DNA from: Oceanospirillaceae bacterium UBA1126
GTDB taxonomy: Bacteria; Pseudomonadota; Gammaproteobacteria; Pseudomonadales; Balneatricaceae
DNA length: 64,000 nt
Assembly: GCA_002312935.1 (NCBI GenBank)
Contig: DCAT01000059.1
Span: 2,789 to 66,788 of the forward strand
Reading direction: 5' to 3'
Positions 11,572 to 21,947 of this stretch are shown in pieces. Under the pieces are notes generated by a model. The model searched no databases. It saw only the letters and a program-made list of their open reading frames with translations, and had not been told where the DNA came from. Position numbers and translations under genes: made by a program. The first letter of the stretch is position 1, and each line of letters starts with the position of its first letter.

Positions 11572-11892
11572 TTAAGAACAGTATAGCTCATGTAACGTTT
11601 TTATAACTTTTGAAGCGCGCACGTCTGACAGCGAATAATAGATGGTCTGGGACTCTCTTCGAGTTTTTACCAAGCCATCTTTGCGCAATACGGCTAAATG
11701 CTGTGACAGGGCAGATTGACTTAAGTCTAACTGTTCATTTAGCGCTGTAACAGAGAGCTCTTTACCTTCTAGATTGCATAAAATAAGCAAACGACTTTCA
11801 TTGGCAATTGCCTTAAGCATGGTAGATGCGATTTTGGCATTGGCTTTCATCTCTGCGGCTACATCTGCGGCGTCTTGCTTAGGGTTAGGCAT
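11572..11892 (-). CDS. ArsR/SmtB family regulator, BigR/SqrR-like
   Basis: LKAIANESRLLILCNL, LSQSALSQHLAVLR, C-terminal LYC. Confidence 0.85.
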   Translation of the reverse strand: MPNPKQDAADVAAEMKANAKIASTMLKAIANESRLLILCNLEGKELSVTALNEQLDLSQSALSQHLAVLRKDGLVKTRRESQTIYYSLSDVRASKVIKTLHELYCS

Positions 11893-12033
11893 GGATGGTT
11901 TTTCTCCGCCTTTAAACAGCATTATTGTGTCAAATATAGAACTTCAATCATTGTATACTAATTTTAATTAGTATTAATGCATCGTTTTACTATTATAAGT
12001 AAAAAGTCAGTTTATTAAAATTCACTTGACGCT

Positions 12034-12849
12034 TTAGGTTAATATTAATTGCGCAAAAATTGGGCAATGATCTGATGGTTTTTCCATTCCCCGTACATGG
12101 TAATCTATCCCTGCCTCTTTACAACAGTCTACCAGCCCTTGAGTTAGCAGTATTTGGTCAATGCGCAGGCCCCGCTTAGGTTCGCGTTCAAACGCTCTAC
12201 TGCGGTAATCAAACCAGGAATAGTCTTCTAACTTAGGGTGTAATTGACGGTAGCTGTCAGTTAGTCCACATTGGCGAAGATCACTGAGCCACTGGCGTTC
12301 TTCTGGTTGAAAGCTAGCTTTGCCTGACTTAAGCCAACGCTTTCGGTTGTCTTCTCCGATACCAATATCAATGTCTTGTGCTGCCACATTAATATCTCCC
12401 ATTACCACTAGATGCCCAGAGCCTTTATACTCTGTATTTAAAAGCGATGTAAGGCCCGCATAGAAATCCCGTTTAGCTGGAAACTTACTCACGTGTTCAA
12501 TGTTTTCGCCTTGAGGAAAGTAGCCATTGAATACTGTCATAGTGTCGCCGTTGGGTAACTGTAAAACGGCACCAACTAGCCGGCGCTGAGAGTCTTCATC
12601 ATCACCTGGTAAACCTTTAATCACTTTTAATATGGGTAGGTTAGTCATTAGCGCCACACCATAATGGCCCTTTTGACCGTGAATAATTGTTTCATACCCA
12701 AGTCTCTTCGTCTCTTCGATAGGAAACTCTAGATCTTGAACCTTGGTTTCTTGTAAGCCAATAACCGCTGGCTGATATTGCGCCACAATCGCTTCCAATT
12801 GCGGAATACGGGCCCGAATGCTATTGATGTTGAAGGAAACTAAATACAT
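12034..12849 (-). CDS. xthA: Exodeoxyribonuclease III
   Basis: SFNINSIRAR, LQETK, GQKGHYGVA, NGYFPQGE, GD.N, SWFDYRS, SDHCP. Confidence 0.96.
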   Translation of the reverse strand: MYLVSFNINSIRARIPQLEAIVAQYQPAVIGLQETKVQDLEFPIEETKRLGYETIIHGQKGHYGVALMTNLPILKVIKGLPGDDEDSQRRLVGAVLQLPNGDTMTVFNGYFPQGENIEHVSKFPAKRDFYAGLTSLLNTEYKGSGHLVVMGDINVAAQDIDIGIGEDNRKRWLKSGKASFQPEERQWLSDLRQCGLTDSYRQLHPKLEDYSWFDYRSRAFEREPKRGLRIDQILLTQGLVDCCKEAGIDYHVRGMEKPSDHCPIFAQLILT

Positions 12850-13008
12850 ATTTTAAACTCGATTAAGGTGATGTAAACCAACAAACACTTTGGAAGGCTG
12901 ATAAACTTGACACTATTGTAATGGAAATAGTGGTCGGTTAGAACGGTCCAACTTTGGTTTATGTTGGTTTAGTTAGCGTAACTCACCTAAATAAAGAGAT
13001 TTATCCTG

Positions 13009-14358
13009 ATGGAATTTGATTTTGATGTATTTGTGATTGGTGCTGGTTCTGGTGGTGTAAGAGCTGCAAGGATGGCCGCTGGTGAAGGAGCAAAAGTGGC
13101 TATTGCTGATGACCAGGCGTTAGGGGGCACTTGTGTTAATGTCGGCTGTGTCCCGAAAAAGCTCTACACTTATGCCAGTCACTTCAGCCATGATTTCGAA
13201 AACGCCAAGGGTTTTGGTTGGAACTTAGGTGCAGCTAAATTCCACTGGCCTACACTGGTGGCCAATAAAAAAATAGAAATTAGTCGACTTAATGGCATTT
13301 ACGCTAAGCTTCTGGACAACTCTGGTGCACAAATTATTCGTGGGTATGCCCGCCTCAAAGACTGCAATACTGTCACTGTGGAAGGAAAAGACTACACAAC
13401 GAAGCGTATTGTTATCGCAACCGGAGGTGCTCCTAATATTCCTGATGTTGACTATGCTGACCTACTCATTAGCTCTGATGAGATATTTGATCTTGTAGAA
13501 TTTCCAAAGCGCTTGTTAGTAGTGGGTGCAGGTTACATTGCTCTTGAGTTTGCTTGTATTTTTCAGGGCTTAGGTAGCCAAGTGCACGTATCTTACCGCG
13601 GTGACCTGATCATGCGAAGCTTTGACGATGATGTACGTCAGTTTGTTGATCAAGAAATGCGCAAACAGGGCATCGAAATAAATTATCAAAGCCAGGTGAA
13701 TAATGTTGTTCGTCAAACTGATCATAGCTTATTGGTAACCTTTGCAGATGGTAGCCAGATCGAAGTTGACCAAGTGCTTATGGCCATTGGACGCCAACCT
13801 CGGGTGGCAGGCATCGGCTTGGACTCTTTAGGTATAGAAACCACTCCCAAAGGCACTATTGCAGTCAACGACAAATTTCAGACTAATATAGATAATATCT
13901 ATGCTTTAGGTGATGTCACTGGAGGTATTGAACTGACCCCTGTGGCCTTAGCTGAAGCTATGGTATTAGTGAATCATTGGTATGGCGATGGTGTCAAAAA
14001 GATGGACTATGAGCTTATTCCAACAGCTGTATTTACTCAACCAAACGTTGGCACTATTGGCTTAACAGAGCATCAAGCGTTGGCAAAGCATAGCGAAATA
14101 GCTGTGTATCGTTCAGACTTTAAACCGATGAAACATACCTTAAGCGGCAGTGATGAGCGGAGTTTCATGAAACTGATAGTCGACATATCCACAGATCGCG
14201 TTATTGGATTACACATAGTAGGAGAGGGGGCTGGTGAAATGTTGCAAGGTTTCGCTGTGGCTATGAAAGCGGGAGCAACCAAGGCCGATTTTGACGCCAC
14301 TATTGGCATCCACCCCACTAGTGCTGAAGAGCTAGTAACCATGAGAACACCAAGCTAA
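13009..14358 (+). CDS. gorA: Glutathione-disulfide reductase
   Basis: GAGSGG, GGTCVNVGCVPKK redox motif, GIHPTSAEE. Confidence 0.95.
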   Translation: MEFDFDVFVIGAGSGGVRAARMAAGEGAKVAIADDQALGGTCVNVGCVPKKLYTYASHFSHDFENAKGFGWNLGAAKFHWPTLVANKKIEISRLNGIYAKLLDNSGAQIIRGYARLKDCNTVTVEGKDYTTKRIVIATGGAPNIPDVDYADLLISSDEIFDLVEFPKRLLVVGAGYIALEFACIFQGLGSQVHVSYRGDLIMRSFDDDVRQFVDQEMRKQGIEINYQSQVNNVVRQTDHSLLVTFADGSQIEVDQVLMAIGRQPRVAGIGLDSLGIETTPKGTIAVNDKFQTNIDNIYALGDVTGGIELTPVALAEAMVLVNHWYGDGVKKMDYELIPTAVFTQPNVGTIGLTEHQALAKHSEIAVYRSDFKPMKHTLSGSDERSFMKLIVDISTDRVIGLHIVGEGAGEMLQGFAVAMKAGATKADFDATIGIHPTSAEELVTMRTPS

Positions 14359-14401
14359 AAACAGAGGGTATCAGGCTAAGCTATTTATACTCTCATTGAT
14401 C

Positions 14402-14434
14402 AAGCTCCAACAGTTTGTCTGCTGGGGCTTTTTT
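14402..14434 (+). terminator. Probable terminator after gorA
   Basis: AAGCTCCA..CAG/CTG..TGGGGCTT imperfect stem plus T-run. Confidence 0.55.
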
Positions 14435-15620
14435 AGTCGTGTCTTAAATGATCTTTAACTGCTATAGGTGACTTGAAATTCCATACCACAAGGTAAGATG
14501 ATGCCACAAAAGTAATAATTGCTGTGGCTTGTATTAATAGTGAGGCAGATTCACTGATTAACATGCTGGAAGCTGCCAATGTAGCAATTAAAATAGAAAA
14601 TTCACTAGTTTGGCCCAACCTAAAACCCACTTCCCATGATGTTGCCTTAGAGTTGCAAATTGGCCTGATAATCCAACCAAACACAATAGGTTTTATAGTC
14701 ACCACTAACGTGGCTAACACCAAACATTGAAACCAAATAGAGTGCATGAGAGGAAAGTTAAAGCTTGCTCCTATGGAAAAGAAAAATAACACCAAAAAGA
14801 AATCTCTAATAGGCTTTAAGTTAATTGCAATATATTGGCTAATAACGCTAGAAGCTAAACTAACTCCGGCAATAAAAGCACCGATTTCGGCAGACAAACC
14901 GATACTGTGAGCCAGTTCAGCTAAGCCTAAACACCAGCCTAAAGCCAAAAGAAAGATATACTCATGGAAACGGTCAAATCGTTTAATGAGAGGCAGCAAC
15001 ACCCAACGCACAAAACCCAGTGCAGCCAACATTATCAAAGGCAAGGCCGCAAGGCTTATTAATAAATCAACGTTTAATGATAGTTCTAATCCCGCACTAA
15101 ATTGCTGTCCTAATGTGGTCAAAAGGGTTAAAAGAATAATCGCTAATAGATCCTGCAATAACAACAAACCCACTACGAGTTCACCTGTTTGTTTATGATG
15201 CAAGACAGTGGTGGGTAGTAGTTTAATGCCAATAATGGTACTGGAAAACATGGTAGACGCGCCGATAATAAGGCTATCTATCATACTAAAGCCAAAACCA
15301 TACCCAACAAAAAACCCTAATAGAGCAAAAGCTAAAGAACTTATAAAGGCTACCATATAGCCTTTTCTCAACATTTGTAATAAATGGCTAGGTTGCATAT
15401 CAAGGCCAATGAGGAATAGTAAAAAAATAATTCCAATGTGGGAAACATCGGCTAAAAGCTCTGTATCAACCACCCACGCTAAGCCAAAAGGCCCCAATAT
15501 TGCGCCTAAAACGATATAGGCCAAAAGCAGTGGCTGTCGAAAATACAACGATAAGGTAGCTAGCAGTGCAGCACCTGTAAAGATCAAGAAAAATGAAAAT
15601 ATGACCGACTCAGTATGCAT
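14433..15620 (-). CDS. Cation:proton antiporter (CPA2/Kef-like membrane domain)
   Basis: About 12 TM segments, GIIFLLFLIGL, FSST, LLLQD, GAFIAG, QTSEFS. Confidence 0.85.
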   Translation of the reverse strand: MHTESVIFSFFLIFTGAALLATLSLYFRQPLLLAYIVLGAILGPFGLAWVVDTELLADVSHIGIIFLLFLIGLDMQPSHLLQMLRKGYMVAFISSLAFALLGFFVGYGFGFSMIDSLIIGASTMFSSTIIGIKLLPTTVLHHKQTGELVVGLLLLQDLLAIILLTLLTTLGQQFSAGLELSLNVDLLISLAALPLIMLAALGFVRWVLLPLIKRFDRFHEYIFLLALGWCLGLAELAHSIGLSAEIGAFIAGVSLASSVISQYIAINLKPIRDFFLVLFFFSIGASFNFPLMHSIWFQCLVLATLVVTIKPIVFGWIIRPICNSKATSWEVGFRLGQTSEFSILIATLAASSMLISESASLLIQATAIITFVASSYLVVWNFKSPIAVKDHLRHD

Positions 15621-15622
15621 TC

Positions 15623-16996
15623 TTATTCCTTATTGAGTGAAAACGTTTGGTCTGTAGATAAACGCTTTATATAACGTCGCCAAATGCACCACAGTGTTGA
15701 TACCGTAAGTATTCGATAAACAATATGCAACCACCACACGGCCATAAAACCATACGTTGGCGCTAACCAAGCTAAAAGTGGTAAGAAAAGTAGCCATTGG
15801 CTGCCAGTAACGAGTATAAAACCAGTTTTTCGTCGGCCCATTAACAACACGAAGCGGCTTAAAATGATGATGCAAGTTTCAAAAATCATGGCCATGGCAT
15901 ACCATGGTAAAGCGGTTGCTGTGAGTTGTTGTAATTCCCTATTAACCAATAGCAATTGCGCGAACCAAGGGGCCATAATGCTAACTACCACAGCCAGTAA
16001 GAGGGCAGAAACTAGCCCAGTAGCTATGATTAATTTACTCCAGGCCAAAGTGCTAAAGGAATCTTTGCTGGCCATTGCTGATCCCATTAGAGACAATGCA
16101 GCTTGACCTAAACCAATGGCAGGCAGAATAAGCAGCATGCCAATATTGAGCACAGCAAAGGAAGCAGCCATTACAGAAGCACCAAGCTGGCTTAGTATCC
16201 ACAAAAATAAAGCTAAGTGTAATGCAAATGCTAGTTGTTGCATCATAGGGGGCCAAGTGAACCGCAATAATAATAACCAATTTGTAATGCTAAATTGGCA
16301 AGTAAACGCTTGAAACCTTGAGCTGTTTTTAAATAATGGAAATAGTTGTAATAAAACACCAAGCCAAAGCGCTATGCTGGTGCCAAGGCCAGCACCTACT
16401 GCGCCCATGGCAGGCATCCCACCAATGCCATATATGAGCCCATAACTGATGGGCACATTAGCCAAGTGAGCGAGTAAAATTATTTTGGTATATTGCCAGG
16501 GTGTCCCAAGTTCACTCCAATAGATTCTAGCAGCTATGCTTAAAACAATAGCGGGTAAAGCCCAAAGTCGAGATTGAGCATAGTAGGCGGCTAGGCTATT
16601 TATGCGATCATCCAATACAAATACATCGATCACGTCATCCAGCATCAATGCACCTAATGCGCCTAGGCCAATCGAGATAAAGACGCCGTAAACTAAACCC
16701 AGTCCCATCAAGCCCCCACGGGACAGGGAATGCTGTGATACTAGGCCATGCCAGCCAGTGCCCAATCCGGTAATGATAGCCACCAAAATAAACACCAGAT
16801 AACTACCAATACTCACACTGGCCAGAGCCAAACCACCCAAGTGCCCAACAAGGGCGGTGTCAACTAAGCTTACTGCAGCCTGGGATAGCATAGCGCCACT
16901 CAATGGCACCGCAATAGGCCATAAATTGGCTAATGTAGGTTCACACGAGGAATGTAAATGGGGTGTCTGAGATTTGCTCATGAGTTGCTGGGTCAA
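15623..16996 (-). CDS. MATE family efflux transporter (divergent)
   Basis: AVP..., VDTALVGHLG, G.GGMPAMGAVGAGLGT; about 12 TM segments. Confidence 0.8.
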   Translation of the reverse strand: MTQQLMSKSQTPHLHSSCEPTLANLWPIAVPLSGAMLSQAAVSLVDTALVGHLGGLALASVSIGSYLVFILVAIITGLGTGWHGLVSQHSLSRGGLMGLGLVYGVFISIGLGALGALMLDDVIDVFVLDDRINSLAAYYAQSRLWALPAIVLSIAARIYWSELGTPWQYTKIILLAHLANVPISYGLIYGIGGMPAMGAVGAGLGTSIALWLGVLLQLFPLFKNSSRFQAFTCQFSITNWLLLLRFTWPPMMQQLAFALHLALFLWILSQLGASVMAASFAVLNIGMLLILPAIGLGQAALSLMGSAMASKDSFSTLAWSKLIIATGLVSALLLAVVVSIMAPWFAQLLLVNRELQQLTATALPWYAMAMIFETCIIILSRFVLLMGRRKTGFILVTGSQWLLFLPLLAWLAPTYGFMAVWWLHIVYRILTVSTLWCIWRRYIKRLSTDQTFSLNKE

Positions 16997-17065
16997 AGAT
17001 GCCTAAAGGGTATGCTAATCAATTGATCTGCTATTATATGCTTTTTTGCCGAGTCTTTAAAATGA

Positions 17066-17090
17066 ATACCCAAGTAAAACACTAGGGTAT
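17066..17090. promoter_or_regulatory. IscR type-1-like box upstream of nfuA
   Basis: 25-bp imperfect palindrome ATACCCAAGTAAAACACTAGGGTAT resembling ATASYYGACTRwwwYAGTCRRSTAT; nfuA is a known IscR target. Confidence 0.65.
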
Positions 17091-17153
17091 ATAATAAGTT
17101 ATTAGTTGAGTGCCTGCGGGTTGCTCATGTGGTTGGTAAAAAAGGAAAATACA

Positions 17154-17747
17154 GTGGATTACATAGACATCACCCCCAGTGCCCAGGACTATCTAGCAGA
17201 GTTGCTTTCAAAGCAAGATGTAGAAGGGATTTCAGTGCGTATTTTTGTCACTGACCCTGGTACCCCAAACGCTGAAACGTGTTTAGCATACTGCCGCCCA
17301 GATGAAGTAAAAATTACTGACGAATTTTCAGACTTAGAGAAATTTCGGGTTTATGTTGATCCTGCCAGTGTAGACTATCTGGACGAGGCTTTTATTGATT
17401 ACAGTGCAGACCGTATGGGAGGCCAGCTCACAATCAAGGCTCCAAACGCTAAGATGCCTCAGGTGACTGCAGATAGCCCACTAGATGCTCAAGTTAATTA
17501 TTACCTATATACAGAAATTAATCCTAGTCTAGCCTCCCATGGTGGTGATGTAAGTTTGGTTGGTGTAGTGGCAGAAGAAGAAGGCAACGTGGCTGTATTA
17601 AAGTTTGGTGGTGGTTGCCAAGGTTGTAGCTCTGTTTCCTTAACTCTAAAGGAAGGCGTCGAAAAAACCTTAATGGAAAGGATTCCTGGCATTGGTGCAG
17701 TTCGCGATGTCACTGATCACTCAAACACTGAAAACGCTTATATGTAG
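17154..17747 (+). CDS. nfuA: Fe/S biogenesis protein NfuA
   Basis: [31 protein letters not shown]; GTG start at 17154 after AAGGA. Confidence 0.95.
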   Translation: MDYIDITPSAQDYLAELLSKQDVEGISVRIFVTDPGTPNAETCLAYCRPDEVKITDEFSDLEKFRVYVDPASVDYLDEAFIDYSADRMGGQLTIKAPNAKMPQVTADSPLDAQVNYYLYTEINPSLASHGGDVSLVGVVAEEEGNVAVLKFGGGCQGCSSVSLTLKEGVEKTLMERIPGIGAVRDVTDHSNTENAYM

Positions 17748-17752
17748 CGCGT

Positions 17753-17806
17753 TTCTTTAAAGCAAAAAAACCAGCTCCTATTGCTGGTTTTTTTTGCTTT
17801 AAAGAA
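17753..17806. terminator. Bidirectional terminator between nfuA and DAHP synthase
   Basis: Near-perfect 23-bp inverted repeat TTCTTTAAAGCAAAAAAACCAGC / GCTGGTTTTTTTTGCTTTAAAGAA. Confidence 0.85.
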
Positions 17807-17811
17807 GCGGT

Positions 17812-18891
17812 TTAAGCGACCCGAGATCGTTTCGGTAAGCTCTGCCTAAGTTTACTGGCCAGTTCACGCATGCTCATTTCTGTTGTATCCCAATCGATAC
17901 AAGGGTCGGTGACAGAAACACCATATTGCAATTCAGATAGGTTTTGTGGGATAGATTGGTTGCCCCAGTTAATGTTACTTTCTATCATCAGGCCAACAAT
18001 AGAATCGTTACCTTCATTAATCTGTTGGGCAATATTGTCCATCACCAGAGGCTGGATAGATGGATCTTTACTTGAGTTGGCGTGGCTGCAATCCACCATA
18101 ATATTGCCAGACAAACCATCTTTTGCAAGTGCTTGTTCACATAGAGCTACATTCACAGAGTCATAGTTCGGCTTGCCACCGCCGCCCCGAAGCACAACAT
18201 GGCCGTACTGATTTCCACTAGTGCGGGTTATAGAGACTTGTCCATGTGGGTTAATCCCCAAGAAAGAATGAGGCGACGCCATAGATTCTAGCGCATTAAA
18301 GGCTACTGTTAAGCCGCCGTCAGTGCCATTTTTAAAACCAACAGGGCAGGATAAGCCAGACGACATTTCACGGTGAGTTTGGGATTCTGTGGTGCGTGCA
18401 CCAATTGCTGCCCAGCTCCATAGGTCTGATTGATACTGTGGTGAAATAGGATCCAATGCCTCTGTCGCTAACGGTAAACCCAGAGCAGATAAGTCCAGCA
18501 TGAGCTTACGACCAATGTGTAAACCTGTTTCAATATCAAAGGTCCCGTCTAGGTGTGGGTCATTAATTAGCCCTTTCCAACCCACTGTGGTGCGTGGTTT
18601 TTCAAAATAAACCCGCATAACAATATAAAGCGTGTCTTTTAACTCATCGGCTAACACTGCCAAGCGGCGTCCATAATCTAAAGCGGCTTCTGTATCGTGG
18701 ATAGAGCATGGGCCTATCACGACAAATAATCGGTGGTCTTTACCATCTAAAATATTTTTTATAGTTTGACGAGCCTGCATTACACCATCAGCAATCATAC
18801 TGGTAGTGGGTAGTTGATTTTTCAGATCTTCAGGGGATGTAAGAACCTGTTGGCTGGCAATGTTCAGGTCTTCGATGCGACGGTCTGTCAT
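17812..18891 (-). CDS. 3-deoxy-7-phosphoheptulonate (DAHP) synthase, class I alpha (AroF/AroG-like)
   Basis: GPCSIHD, RVYFEKPRTTVGWKG, AIGARTTESQTHRE, DCSHANS. Confidence 0.95.
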   Translation of the reverse strand: MTDRRIEDLNIASQQVLTSPEDLKNQLPTTSMIADGVMQARQTIKNILDGKDHRLFVVIGPCSIHDTEAALDYGRRLAVLADELKDTLYIVMRVYFEKPRTTVGWKGLINDPHLDGTFDIETGLHIGRKLMLDLSALGLPLATEALDPISPQYQSDLWSWAAIGARTTESQTHREMSSGLSCPVGFKNGTDGGLTVAFNALESMASPHSFLGINPHGQVSITRTSGNQYGHVVLRGGGGKPNYDSVNVALCEQALAKDGLSGNIMVDCSHANSSKDPSIQPLVMDNIAQQINEGNDSIVGLMIESNINWGNQSIPQNLSELQYGVSVTDPCIDWDTTEMSMRELASKLRQSLPKRSRVA

Positions 18892-19043
18892 AGTTGCTCT
18901 CAATAAAATAACTAATTGTAAAAACGGTAAAAGATTGGCTTATGGCAAGGTCTAAACGCTATAATCAAAGCGTCCTTTGTAACACAAATAAAGGCCCACA
19001 AACAAATGAATCTCACCTAAATCGTGTTTGAGAGAAAAGGACC

Positions 19044-20882
19044 ATGGCAATACTGGGTATAAATAGTCGTTCATTCTTTGCTGGGCAAACTTTTGCTATG
19101 TTTGTAGGGTTGCTTTTGTCAATGCAAGCCCAAGCCGCTTTGTTTGACACGGTCAAGCACCCGCTTCCAGCACAGCAAGCCTTTGCTGTAAAAGCTCAAC
19201 AAGATAATGATCGAATTGATGTCATTTGGACTATAGCGGATGACTACTATCTGTATCAAGACAAATTAGTTTTTACCACCTCTAACAACCAATCTTTAGA
19301 GCAGCTAGTGCTGCCGCCAGCTGAGGAAAAGGAAGATCCCATATTTGGCAATACTCAGGTTTACTACAATGAGCTCCATGTAATAGGTAAATTACCTAGC
19401 GCGGCCAATGCGGCTACCCACCTCATTATACATTACCAAGGTTGCTGGAATGGAGGTGTGTGCTACCCACCACAAACGACAAGCATCTTACTCAGTGCCG
19501 TCAACCTTGTTGCAGCGCAAAGCAAACCAGTAGCTATCGAAACTACGGACTGGTCACAAACTCGTGGCACTAATGCTAACTGGTTTATACAAAATCTAGA
19601 AAACACGTCGATTGCCACCTTGACGGTCATTTTCTTTTTAGCGGGCCTAGCTTTAGCCTTTACACCCTGCGTATTACCTATGGTGCCCATTTTGTCGAGC
19701 ATTATTGTAGGTATTAGCCCCAAGCCCAGCCCATTGAAAAGCTTTTTATTATCCTTCATTTATGTGTTATCTATGGCAGCGACTTATAGTGTGGCTGGGG
19801 TTTTTGCTGGGCTAAGTGGCGCTAATGTACAGGTTGCTTTGCAGCATCCTGCAGTAATAGGAACCACTGCTGCACTATTTGTGCTGTTTGCAGTGGCTAT
19901 GTTTGGCTGGATTAATGTGCAAATGCCTCAGGCTATTCAAAACAAAATAAACTTAATGAGTAATAATCAATCAGGTGGGCAATATACCGGTGTAGCAGCC
20001 ATGGGCATATTGTCGGCACTGGTGGTAGGGCCCTGTGTGGCTGCACCATTGGCTGGAGCGCTATTGTTTATTGCCCAAACTGGGGATGCAGCCACGGGTG
20101 GTTTGGCCCTATTTGTTATGGGTTTGGGTATGGGCTTACCATTACTTTTGGTGGGAACATCTGCGAGTAAGTGGATTCCCAAAACAGGCCCTTGGATGCA
20201 TCGAATAAAAGTTGGTTTTGGTTTCTTAATGCTGTTTATGGCCTTGTGGATGACCGATCGTGTTTGGTCAGGTGCAACCCTGATACTGGTTGCGATATTA
20301 GCCATTATGATTGCCTTAGTGTTAGCCTTGAATCATCGCTGGCAACCACCTTTAGAGACAGTGTCTGCTGCTGTAATTAGCTATACATTAGCCATGTTTT
20401 TGGGTCTTTATGGCGCTGTTTTGGCTGTAGGACAGTTCGCTGGCACTGGGAGCTTATTGCAACCACTAGGTAACTTGGTCGTTACCGAAAGTAACAGTAT
20501 GGTTCAAGTTGAGGCGTCTAAGCTGAACTTTATTAAAGTGTTGCCAGCTGCAGTAGCCCCCTTGTTGAGTCAAGCAAAACTGGATGAGCAACCGGTAATG
20601 TTAGATTTCTATGCTGATTGGTGCATCTCCTGTAAGGAGTTGGATAGTTTTGTATTTACTGATGCACGCGTGAAGCGTGCACTATTAGATTTTAAAGTGA
20701 TTAAAGTAGATGTTACTGTTAATAGTCCAGCTGCACAGCAACTGATGCAGGAACTGCGTTTGGTCGGGCCTCCAGGCTTGGTGTTTTATGATGCCCAAGG
20801 CCAGTTAAATTCCGAAACTGTGGTGGGTGTTCCAGCCATTGAAGATTTAGTTGATCTCTTACAAAAGGTAAATGCACTGTAA
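19044..20882 (+). CDS. dsbD: Protein-disulfide reductase DsbD
   Basis: QGC...GVCYPP, FTPCVLPM, GPCVAAP, ADWCISC thioredoxin domain. Confidence 0.93.
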   Translation: MAILGINSRSFFAGQTFAMFVGLLLSMQAQAALFDTVKHPLPAQQAFAVKAQQDNDRIDVIWTIADDYYLYQDKLVFTTSNNQSLEQLVLPPAEEKEDPIFGNTQVYYNELHVIGKLPSAANAATHLIIHYQGCWNGGVCYPPQTTSILLSAVNLVAAQSKPVAIETTDWSQTRGTNANWFIQNLENTSIATLTVIFFLAGLALAFTPCVLPMVPILSSIIVGISPKPSPLKSFLLSFIYVLSMAATYSVAGVFAGLSGANVQVALQHPAVIGTTAALFVLFAVAMFGWINVQMPQAIQNKINLMSNNQSGGQYTGVAAMGILSALVVGPCVAAPLAGALLFIAQTGDAATGGLALFVMGLGMGLPLLLVGTSASKWIPKTGPWMHRIKVGFGFLMLFMALWMTDRVWSGATLILVAILAIMIALVLALNHRWQPPLETVSAAVISYTLAMFLGLYGAVLAVGQFAGTGSLLQPLGNLVVTESNSMVQVEASKLNFIKVLPAAVAPLLSQAKLDEQPVMLDFYADWCISCKELDSFVFTDARVKRALLDFKVIKVDVTVNSPAAQQLMQELRLVGPPGLVFYDAQGQLNSETVVGVPAIEDLVDLLQKVNAL

Positions 20883-21926
<1,044 letters not shown>

Positions 21927-21947
21927 GTTTTTCAAACCACTTCTGAT

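Noticed and set aside
18918-18931. CpxR or TyrR box between DAHP synthase and dsbD
   Set aside because: GTAAA repeats are spaced by 4 nt rather than 5, and there is no TGTAAA-N6-TTTACA palindrome
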